Positions 18,279 through 26,555 of a stretch of DNA of 64,000 nt are shown here, piece after piece. Each line of letters opens with the position of its first letter. Positions within the stretch are counted from its first letter, which is position 1. A program made the translations under genes and the position numbers. The stretch comes from an uncultured Actinomycetota bacterium (lineage in GTDB: Bacteria; Actinomycetota; Actinomycetes; Mycobacteriales; Mycobacteriaceae). Under the pieces are notes generated by a model that worked only from the letters and a program-made list of their open reading frames with translations, made no database searches and was not told where the DNA came from. The DNA lies in the NCBI GenBank assembly GCA_963782405.1, contig CAWAJX010000012.1, positions 103,794 to 167,793 of the forward strand, read 5' to 3'.

Positions 18279-18722
18279 ATGAGCCGAGAGCCCGTTGTGA
18301 CAGCGTCCGCGGTGGCCGGTGACCTCCGTGTCGCCGTCAGCGGACTCCTTCGGCAGTTGCGGGCCCAGGCCGAGGGTAGCGATCTCACCAAATCGCAGAG
18401 CTCGGTACTCATCCGGCTCGAACAGAGCGGGCCCGCCACCGCCACCGAACTGGCCCATGCCGCCGGTATGCGGCCGCAATTGATGGCGAAAATCGTTCGC
18501 ACACTGGAAGATGCGGGATTGATCGCCGGGGCGCCCCATCCCGCCGACGGCCGCAAGACCGTCCTCGACCTCACCGACGCCGCCCGCGACGAATTCCGCA
18601 CCGGACGCCGTGCCAAAGAGGACTGGCTCACCCGGGTGATCGAAGCCGAATTCGACCCCGCCGAAATCGAGCAGCTCGCCGCCGCTGTCGTGCTGCTCGA
18701 ACGCATCGCCCGCACCACCTGA
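18279..18722 (+). CDS. MarR-family regulator
   Basis: ATELAHAAGMRPQLMAKIVRTLEDAGLI...HPADGRK. Confidence 0.9.
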   Translation: MSREPVVTASAVAGDLRVAVSGLLRQLRAQAEGSDLTKSQSSVLIRLEQSGPATATELAHAAGMRPQLMAKIVRTLEDAGLIAGAPHPADGRKTVLDLTDAARDEFRTGRRAKEDWLTRVIEAEFDPAEIEQLAAAVVLLERIARTT

Positions 18723-18831
18723 GCCGGGCCTCACCGACCTCCGCGCGTACCCGTCCCGGGCCGCGCCGATCGACGCTGCGCTCCACCGCCGGTGACGCCA
18801 CGCAAACTCCAGCACCGCAAAGGAATTCGCC

Positions 18832-19386
18832 ATGCCCATCAGCACCCTGGACGCCCGTACCGCACTCATCGTCATCGACCTGCAGCAGGGCATCGTCGGG
18901 CGCGCCCCCTCCGAGGCGGTTGTCACCCACGCCACCACCCTGGTCCAGGCGTTCCGGCACCGCGACCTGCCCGTCGTCCTGGTCAATGTCGCCGGCACCC
19001 CGCCCGGGCGCACCGACGCCGGCCGCACCGCCCTGGGTGACCTGCCCGCCGATTGGGCCACCCTCATCCCCGAACTCGATCAGCAGCCCAGCGATATCCT
19101 CATCACCAAATACGCGCGCAGCGCCTTCGCCGGCACCGATCTGGCCGACCGGTTGCGCGCCGCGCACGTCACCCAGGTCGTTGTCATCGGCATCGCCACC
19201 GGCGCCGGAGTCGAATCGACCGCCCGCGACGCCCACGAACAGGGCTTCCATGTCACCCTGCCCGTCGACGCCATGACCGACCCCGACACCGAACGCCACG
19301 ACCACAGCATCACCCACATCTTCGGCCGCATCGCCGAAACCGGCACCACAGACGATGTGCTGGAAATCCTGGCGGCCCGTTCGTGA
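18832..19386 (+). CDS. Isochorismatase-family cysteine hydrolase
   Basis: TALIVIDLQQG; KYARSAFAGTDL; GIATGAGVESTARDA. Confidence 0.9.
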   Translation: MPISTLDARTALIVIDLQQGIVGRAPSEAVVTHATTLVQAFRHRDLPVVLVNVAGTPPGRTDAGRTALGDLPADWATLIPELDQQPSDILITKYARSAFAGTDLADRLRAAHVTQVVVIGIATGAGVESTARDAHEQGFHVTLPVDAMTDPDTERHDHSITHIFGRIAETGTTDDVLEILAARS

Positions 19387-20795
19387 CAGCAGCCCCCGCC
19401 GATACCGCCACCGCCCGCAGCGATCCGTTCACCACGCGCTTCGTCGGCCCCCTGTTGCTGGGTTCCACCCTCAACCCGATCAACACCTCCACCATCGCCA
19501 CCGCCCTGGTCGGCATCGGGGTCGACTTCCATCGCGGCCCCGGCACCACCACCGTGCTCATCTCGGTGCTGTATCTGTGCAGCGCGGTCATGCAGCCCAC
19601 CATGGGTAAACTCGCCACCCTGTTCGGGCCGCGCCGCGTATTCGTCAGCGGCCTGATCATCCTCGTCGCCGCCGGCGTCATCGGCACCGCCGCACCGACA
19701 TTCGGATTCCTCGTGGTCTCTCGCGCCCTGATCGGCGTCGGCACCTCGGCGGCATTTCCCACCGCCATGGCGATGGTGCGCCGCCGCGCCGACGCTACCG
19801 GTATCGGTGTGCCGGCGCGGGTGCTGGGCAACTTCTCCATCGCCGCACAGGTCACCACCGTCGTGGGTCTTCCGCTCGGCGGTGTGCTGGCCGGTGTGTT
19901 CGGCTGGCGCGCAATCTTTTTCGTCAACATCCCGCTCGCTGTCGTCGCGCTCGTGGCGACCCTGCGCGGGGTGCCCCGGGACGAACCCGTCATCGTGCGC
20001 CCGGCCTCGCTGGCGGCCGCGGTCGACCTCACCGGCATCGCGCTGTTCGCCGGCACCGTGATCAGTGTGCTGATGCTGCTCTCGGATCTGGAATCACCGA
20101 ACTGGGTGCTTGTACCGATCGCGGTCGTCCTCGGCGCCGCGCTGATCGGCTGGGAACTGCGCAGCCGCAGCCCGCTCATCGACGTGCGCATGCTCACCCG
20201 CCACAGCGACCTGCTGCGCACCTACCTGCGCCAGGCCGTCGTGTCGCTGGGCACCTACACCGCGCTCTACGGCACCAGCCAGTGGATGGAACAGGCCGCC
20301 GGATACAGCGCCTCCCAGGTCGGACTGATCCTGCTGCCGCTGTCAGCGATCAGCATCGTGGTGGCCCGGCTCGTGTCCGACCACGGCTGGATCCGATGGC
20401 CTCTGATCGTCAGCGGGGTCGCGCTGGGCGCGACCGGTGTCATGATGCGATTCATCACCCACAGCTCACCGGTGCTCGTGCTGATCGCGATGTCGCTGCT
20501 GTTCGGATTGGCCAGCGGGTTCTCCGGATTCGCCAACCAGGCGTCGCTGTACGTGCAGGCACCCGGTGATCAGGTCGCGGTGGCCTCGGGGTTGTTTCGC
20601 ACCTTCGCCTACCTCGGGGCGATCTTCTCCTCCAGTCTCATCGCGCTGACCTTCGGCCCCGCGGTTACCGATGCCGGGCTGCACTCGATCGCGTGGGTCA
20701 TTCTCGGTCTCGGTGTCGCGATCGGTCTGATGACGGTGCTCGACAACAGGATTCCCGCGCGCGCCGGTGCCCGCCCCGCTCACGCCTCGGCGTAG
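19383..20795 (+). CDS. MFS transporter
   Basis: About 14 TM segments; MGKLATLFGPRRVF motif A; GTGA overlap with the upstream gene. Confidence 0.9.
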   Translation: MTAAPADTATARSDPFTTRFVGPLLLGSTLNPINTSTIATALVGIGVDFHRGPGTTTVLISVLYLCSAVMQPTMGKLATLFGPRRVFVSGLIILVAAGVIGTAAPTFGFLVVSRALIGVGTSAAFPTAMAMVRRRADATGIGVPARVLGNFSIAAQVTTVVGLPLGGVLAGVFGWRAIFFVNIPLAVVALVATLRGVPRDEPVIVRPASLAAAVDLTGIALFAGTVISVLMLLSDLESPNWVLVPIAVVLGAALIGWELRSRSPLIDVRMLTRHSDLLRTYLRQAVVSLGTYTALYGTSQWMEQAAGYSASQVGLILLPLSAISIVVARLVSDHGWIRWPLIVSGVALGATGVMMRFITHSSPVLVLIAMSLLFGLASGFSGFANQASLYVQAPGDQVAVASGLFRTFAYLGAIFSSSLIALTFGPAVTDAGLHSIAWVILGLGVAIGLMTVLDNRIPARAGARPAHASA

Positions 20796-20845
20796 GTGGG
20801 GGTCAGTTCGGCGGCCATCACGTCGAGATGGCGGGCCCGGCACGG

Positions 20846-22057
20846 TCACATCCGCAGGGGCAGACCCGCCCGGATCCGTGCCATCCGGTCCTCGTGCACC
20901 ACATGCGCGCGATCGAGCAGCTGCGCGAGCTCGTGCGCACCGAACCGGCGCACATACTTGTCGGGTAATCCGGCCATCTCCCGTTCGGCGGCCAGCAGCC
21001 GCGCATATGTCTTCTCCCGCACGGCCTGATCGGCCTCGTATCCCAGGTCCAGATACCGCTCCGCGTATCGGCGCGCACCGGCCACCGCGGTCTGCGCGCG
21101 CCCGGCGGGACTCCACAGCGACACCGTCACCGTCACCACCAGTACCACGACGATCACCACCAGCGACCACACCGTCGAGATCTCCGACACCGGTACCGGG
21201 TCGCCGTCGTTGACGAACGCAATACCGTTGTGGTGCAACGCGTGCAGGATCAGCTTCACCCCGATGAACCCGAGTATCACCGCCAAACCGAAACTCAGAT
21301 AGATCAGCCGATCGAGCAGACCCTCCAGCAGGAAGAACAACTGCCGCAAACCCAGCAGCGAGAACGCGGTCGCGGTGAATACGAGGAACACGTTCTGTGT
21401 GAGGCCGAAGATCGCCGGAATCGAATCCAGGGCGAACAGCACATCGGTGCCGCCGATCGCGATCATCGCCGACACCATCGGGGTGAGCCTGCGCCGGCCC
21501 GCCACCGTCGTGGTCAGCGCGTCGCCGTCGTAGAAATCGGTGGTGAGCAGCACCTTTCGCGTCAACCGGGCCACCGCGCCGTCGCCGGAGTGTTCGTCCT
21601 CGCCCTCCGGGCGCAACATATTGCCCGCCGTCACCAGCAGCAGCGCACCGAAAATGTAGAACACCCATGCGAACCGGTTGATCAGCGTCGCGCCCAGGAA
21701 AATGAATCCCGTCCGGACCGCCAGCGAGATCACGATCCCCACCAGCAGCACCTTCTGCTGCGCCGCCGCCGGCACCCGGAACGCGGTGAAGATCACCAGG
21801 AATACGAACAGGTTGTCCACCGACAGCGCCTTCTCGGTGACGTAGCCGGCGAAATACTCCACCCCCATCTCCGAACCGCCCCACCCCCACACCGCGAACC
21901 CGAACGCCACCGCGACACCCACATAGGCCGCCGACCACACCGCCGACTCCCGCAGCGACGGCGAATGCGGTGTGCGCACATGGAAAACGAAATCGAACAG
22001 CAGCAACGCGACGATCAGCGCCAGCGCGCCCAGCCACGCCGCCAACGGAACGGCCAC
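20846..22057 (-). CDS. TerC/Alx-family membrane protein
   Basis: YVTEKALSVDNLFVF and TDVLFALDSIPA motifs; GTG 22057 preceded by CAGGAGG. Confidence 0.9.
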   Translation of the reverse strand: MAVPLAAWLGALALIVALLLFDFVFHVRTPHSPSLRESAVWSAAYVGVAVAFGFAVWGWGGSEMGVEYFAGYVTEKALSVDNLFVFLVIFTAFRVPAAAQQKVLLVGIVISLAVRTGFIFLGATLINRFAWVFYIFGALLLVTAGNMLRPEGEDEHSGDGAVARLTRKVLLTTDFYDGDALTTTVAGRRRLTPMVSAMIAIGGTDVLFALDSIPAIFGLTQNVFLVFTATAFSLLGLRQLFFLLEGLLDRLIYLSFGLAVILGFIGVKLILHALHHNGIAFVNDGDPVPVSEISTVWSLVVIVVVLVVTVTVSLWSPAGRAQTAVAGARRYAERYLDLGYEADQAVREKTYARLLAAEREMAGLPDKYVRRFGAHELAQLLDRAHVVHEDRMARIRAGLPLRM

Positions 22058-22258
22058 AGCGACCTCCTGTACCCGAAGGGTTTCGCGGTGACTGTAACCC
22101 TCGCCGCCGACGCCGAGCCGATATCGACCGACGCCGTCGTGCCGCGACCACACCGGCTCGATCGGATCGGGGCGAGGACAAACCTGGTGCGCGGCGATAA
22201 GCCCTGGTTCGTTACCGTTTGAGAGGTAGCCGTTCGAGTGGTGAGGTAGTGCGCGCAC

Positions 22259-23874
22259 ATGGGTGATAGTTCGATCACGTGGGTCGACGGCGCCGTGGTG
22301 ACGATCGACCAGCGCGCTCTGCCGCACGAACTGCGTGAACTGCGGCTCGGCACCGTCGACGAGGTCATAGACGCCATCACCACACTGGCCGTGCGCGGTG
22401 CACCGGCGATCGGGGTGTCGGGTGCGTTCGGCGTCGCACTGGCCGCCCTCGCATACCCGGCGAACCGGCCCGGATCGAAGCCGAGGCCGCCCGGATCGAG
22501 GCGGCACGGCCGACCGCGGTCAATCTGTCCTGGGGTGTGCGCCGCGCGCTGGCGAGGGTGCCCGAGGGCGCGGCGGCGGTACTGGGCGAGGCGCAGGCCA
22601 TGCTGGCCGAGGACGGCCGCGTCAATCACGCCGCCGCGGCACACGCCGCCGATCTCGTTCAGCGGCTGTGCCCGAACCGGCCACTGCGCATGCTCACCCA
22701 CTGCAATACCGGCCGCCTGGCCACGACCGCCGTGGGTACCGCGATCGGCGCGCTGGGAGTGCTGCACAAACGCGGCGCGATCGAGGGCGTACTCGTCGAC
22801 GAGACCCGTCCGCTGCTGCAGGGTGCGCGCCTGACCACGTGGGAATTGGCCGAGGCCGGGATTCCGCATCGGCTGACGATCGACTCCGCCGCCGCGTGGG
22901 CGATGGCGACCGGGCAGGTCGACTGTGTGATCGTCGGCGCGGACCGGATCGCCGCCGACGGGTCCGTGGCGAACAAGATCGGCACCTACGGTCTGGCATT
23001 GGCCGCCCGCCACCACGGCATCCCCTTCATCGTCGTCGCTCCGGAATCGACCCGCGATCTCGCGACGGCCACCGGTGCCGAGATCGTCGTCGAGCAACGA
23101 GGCGCCGACGAGGTAGCCCGGTTCGGCGGATACGCGAGCGCCCCGGCCGGGACCGCCGTGTTCAATCCGGCCTTCGATGTCACCCCGCCCGATCTGGTGA
23201 CCGCGGTGGTCACCGAGAACGGGCCGATAGCGATCACGGCACCGGCCGCCGGGATCGCGGCCATCGCCCGCGAGCTCTACACCCGTGGATGGATGCCCGG
23301 CACCGCGGGCAATATCTCGGTCTCGGGCGCCGCCGGGCCGGACGGCGCGCGCACCGCGCTGATCACCGGCAGCGGATTGTCCAAGGGCGAGCTGACCTCG
23401 GCCGATATGGCCCGCGTCCGGGTCGAGGATCGCGCACTCGTGTCCGGGCACCGACGTCCCTCCGCGGAGACCGCCATTCACACCGCCATCTACCGGGCCA
23501 CCGAGGCGGGCGCCGTGGTCCATGTGCATCCGCCGCACGCGACGGCCGCCTCGGTCGGCGCCGTGGATTCACTGCGTTTCACCGGATTCGAGTTGATCAA
23601 GGGTCTCGGCACTGCCGAGACCGTCGACATCCCGGTGTTCATCAACCACGCCGACGTGCCGCGCATCGGCGAGGAGATAGAACGGTATCTGCGCGCGTAT
23701 CCGGACGCACCGCCGGTGTTGTTCATCGCCGGGCATGGCATCACGGCCTGGGGCGCCGATCTCGCACAGGCACGCGACCGCGCGGAATGCCTGGAATCTC
23801 TGTGTGAGCTGGTGTCGCTGACCGGGCGCCTCGACATTTCCACCGTTCGCCTTCCCGAGGAGCAGAAGCGATGA
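22259..23874 (+). pseudogene. mtnA: mtnA-mtnB fusion (methylthioribose-1-P isomerase + methylthioribulose-1-P dehydratase), interrupted by one frameshift near 22460 (real or sequencing error)
   Basis: LAVRGAPAIG in one frame continues as ARPTAVNL...THCNTG...DETRPLLQG...ANKIGT in another, then GWMPGTAGNIS...PSAETAIH...HVHPPH (aldolase II). Confidence 0.85.
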
Positions 23875-24440
23875 CCCTGCTGCATATCGCGGCCGATAAC
23901 GATCCCGCCGATATCCGCCTGCACAGCACCGATCCCGAGCGCATCACCGCGGAACTGGCTACTCGCGGAATCGTTTTCGACCGCTGGCCTGCCCGGCCGG
24001 TCACCGCCGCCGTCCCGGCCGAGGAGATCCTCGCCCACTACGGCGACCGGATCGGCGAACTGAACGCCGATGGCCGCTACCGCCACATCGACCTGGCCCG
24101 ACTGCACCCCGACGACGCCGATCCGGATTGGCCCGCACAGGCCCGCGCGGCGCGGGAGAAATTCCTGTCCGAACATCGGCATGCCGAGGACGAGGTCCGC
24201 TTCTTCGTCTCCGGGCGGGGTTGTTTCTATCTGCATCTGGAGCCCGAGGTGGTGGCGGTGGTGTGCGAGGGCGGTGATCTGCTCTCGGTTCCCGCCGGTA
24301 CGAGGCACTGGTTCGATATGGGCGCGCGCCCGGACTTCGTGGCCATCCGGTTCTTCGAGGAGGCCGACGGATGGGTCGGTGACTTCACCGGAGAGCCCAT
24401 CGCCGAACACTTTCCGAGCCTGGATCGGCTCGTCGCGTGA
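23871..24440 (+). CDS. mtnD: Acireductone dioxygenase
   Basis: EHRHAEDEVRFFVSGRGCF...GDLLSVPAGTRHWFD cupin motif; ATGA overlap. Confidence 0.95.
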   Translation: MTLLHIAADNDPADIRLHSTDPERITAELATRGIVFDRWPARPVTAAVPAEEILAHYGDRIGELNADGRYRHIDLARLHPDDADPDWPAQARAAREKFLSEHRHAEDEVRFFVSGRGCFYLHLEPEVVAVVCEGGDLLSVPAGTRHWFDMGARPDFVAIRFFEEADGWVGDFTGEPIAEHFPSLDRLVA

Positions 24441-25132
24441 TCCGCGCCGTCGTCGTCGATATCGAGGGGACCACCAGCCCGACCAGCGCCGTGCGCGAGG
24501 ACCTCTACGGTTACACTCGCCGCCGCCTGCCACAGTGGCTGTCCGACCGGCGCGATGATGCCGCGGCCGAGGTGATCGAGCAGACCCGCGAACTGTCCGG
24601 ACGTCGTGACGCCGAGATCGGTGAGATCGCCGAAATACTGTGTGGCTGGCTGAATTCGGATGTGAAGGCCGCGCCGCTGAAGACCGCGCAGGGTGTGATC
24701 TGCGCCGAAGGATTCCGGGAGGGCGCGCTGTTCGGCGAGTTCTTCCCGGACGCGCCCACCGCGTTGCGTACCTGGCATGATGCCGGATTCGCGTTGTATG
24801 TGTACTCGTCGGGGTCGGTTCGCAACCAGCGGGATTGGTTCACCTACGCACGCGGGGGAGAGCTGGCGTCGTTGATCGGCGGCTGGTTCGACCTCGCGAA
24901 TGCCGGCGCCAAGCGGGAACCCGAGTCGTATCGGGCGATCGCGGCGGCGATCGATGTGCCGGCCGGCCAGATCCTGTTCCTGTCGGATCACCCGGGCGAA
25001 CTGGATGCCGCGGTAGCGGCCGGATGGCAGGCCGTCGGTGTCACCCGCGCCGGTGAGCCGAATTCACCGCGCCCGCCACATCGCTGGATATCGGATCTGG
25101 GCGAGCTGGATCTCGTCGCGACCGCGGGCTGA
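24437..25132 (+). CDS. mtnC: Enolase-phosphatase E1 (acireductone synthase)
   Basis: VVDIEGTTS HAD motif; LKTAQG; YSSGS; LFLSD. Confidence 0.9.
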   Translation: MIRAVVVDIEGTTSPTSAVREDLYGYTRRRLPQWLSDRRDDAAAEVIEQTRELSGRRDAEIGEIAEILCGWLNSDVKAAPLKTAQGVICAEGFREGALFGEFFPDAPTALRTWHDAGFALYVYSSGSVRNQRDWFTYARGGELASLIGGWFDLANAGAKREPESYRAIAAAIDVPAGQILFLSDHPGELDAAVAAGWQAVGVTRAGEPNSPRPPHRWISDLGELDLVATAG

Positions 25133-25133
25133 C

Positions 25134-25161
25134 GCCCCGCCGCCGTCCGGGGCGGCGGGGC
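25134..25161. terminator. Hairpin between convergent operons
   Basis: GCCCCGCCGCC-GTCCGG-GGCGGCGGGGC 11-bp stem. Confidence 0.6.
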
Positions 25162-25743
25162 TCAGGCCACGGAGCTGGTGGCCCGGGAGATGAGATGTTC
25201 GACAAGGGTCATCAGCACCGTCTTGCAGGAGCTGCGGTCGCGGGCATCGCAGAGCACGACCGGAATGTGGGTGTCGAGATCGAGCGCCTCGCGCACTTCC
25301 TCGGTCGTGTAGATCGGGGCGTTGTCGAAGCAGTTCACCGCGATCGCGAAGGACAGGCCGCGCCGCTCGAAGAAGTCGATGGCGGCGAACGAGTTCTCCA
25401 GGCGACGGGTATCGGCGATCACCACCGCACCGAGCGCCCCGCGCGCCAATTCGTCCCACAGGAACCAGAATCGGTCCTGGCCCGGGGTGCCGAACAGATA
25501 CAGCACGAGATTCTGATCGATGGTGATTCGACCGAAGTCCAGCGCGACGGTGGTGGTGGTCTTGCCCTCCACACCCGACAGATCGTCGATGCCGGTGGAC
25601 ATTTCGGTGATCAGCTCTTCGGTGCGCAACGGCGTGATCTCGCTGATCGACGACACCATGGTGGTTTTCCCGACGCCGAAACCTCCGGCTACGAGGATTT
25701 TGACCGAGGCAGCCAAGTCGGTCGAGGACGAAGTTTCAGGCAC
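25162..25743 (-). CDS. Small ATP/GTP-binding protein (conservon CvnD-like)
   Basis: KILVAGGFGVGKTT; TTVALDFG; GTPGQDRF; AVNCF; CDAR. Confidence 0.95.
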   Translation of the reverse strand: MPETSSSTDLAASVKILVAGGFGVGKTTMVSSISEITPLRTEELITEMSTGIDDLSGVEGKTTTTVALDFGRITIDQNLVLYLFGTPGQDRFWFLWDELARGALGAVVIADTRRLENSFAAIDFFERRGLSFAIAVNCFDNAPIYTTEEVREALDLDTHIPVVLCDARDRSSCKTVLMTLVEHLISRATSSVA

Positions 25744-25749
25744 GGTGTT

Positions 25750-26133
25750 CTACAGCTTTCGGATTCCATCGAGTACTGCACGCAGGATATTCAATTCGCC
25801 GGTGGCACCAGCATCGGTGTCGGCACGGGCCGGGGCCCGGAACTTCAGCAGACCATCGCCGATGAGGTCACCGACAAGGATCTTGGTCACCGCCAGCGGC
25901 AGCGTCAATCTCGCCGAGACCTCCGCCACCGATTGCGGATTCCGGCAGAGCCGGACAATTTCCACGTATTCGGGTTCGATGCGCCGCAGCGGCGGACCCG
26001 CCGGCACGATCACCACCAGGGTGAGCATGTCCAGATCGTGTCCCGCCCCCATGGTGCGGCCCCGCGTCACGGCGTACGGACGGACCAGGGGGCCGGCCGC
26101 ATCGTCGAACCACGGTTGACCGAAGCGCGTCAT
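25750..26133 (-). CDS. DUF742 wHTH protein (CvnC-like)
   Basis: GPLVRPYAVTRGRT ... SVAEVSARLTLPLAVTKILVGDL ... VLDGIRKL. Confidence 0.9.
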   Translation of the reverse strand: MTRFGQPWFDDAAGPLVRPYAVTRGRTMGAGHDLDMLTLVVIVPAGPPLRRIEPEYVEIVRLCRNPQSVAEVSARLTLPLAVTKILVGDLIGDGLLKFRAPARADTDAGATGELNILRAVLDGIRKL

Positions 26134-26555
26134 GACAATCTATGCTCCACGTGCTCGGCCAGACCGTTTCGAGGATCGGTGGACAGGTATCCGCCGACCC
26201 GCTGCACGGTCAGATTCATCTCGTAGGCCACCATACCCAGATTCGCGTTCTCGTTGGCCTGCAATGCGATACAAGCATTGTCACCGGCGGCGGTGACGAA
26301 CAGCACCGCACGATCGAGTTCGATGACGGCCTGCCGGACCCCGCCGCCGTCGAAGCGGTTACCGGCACTGCGCGCGAGTCCGTAGAGGGTGGCCGACATG
26401 GCACCGAAGTGTTCGGCGTCCTCACGGCTCATCGAGGTGGAGCGGCCCAGCAGCAGGCCGTCGGTGGAATGCACCACCGCGTAGCGCACCCCGGCCAGGC
26501 GATCGACCAGATCGTCGAGCAGCCAGTTCAGATCACCTACGTTGGAAGAAGTCAC
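26130..26555 (-). CDS. Roadblock/LC7 protein (CvnB-like)
   Basis: LNWLLDDLV...STDGLL...ANLGMVAYEM. Confidence 0.9.
   Translation of the reverse strand: MTSSNVGDLNWLLDDLVDRLAGVRYAVVHSTDGLLLGRSTSMSREDAEHFGAMSATLYGLARSAGNRFDGGGVRQAVIELDRAVLFVTAAGDNACIALQANENANLGMVAYEMNLTVQRVGGYLSTDPRNGLAEHVEHRLS

Noticed and set aside
22180-22258. Possible SAM-IV riboswitch upstream of mtnA (GCGATAAGCCCTGG, GAGGTAGCCG)
   Set aside because: Only short word matches to my memory of the consensus; the core GGCAACC and P1 pairing are absent; would need an Infernal scan
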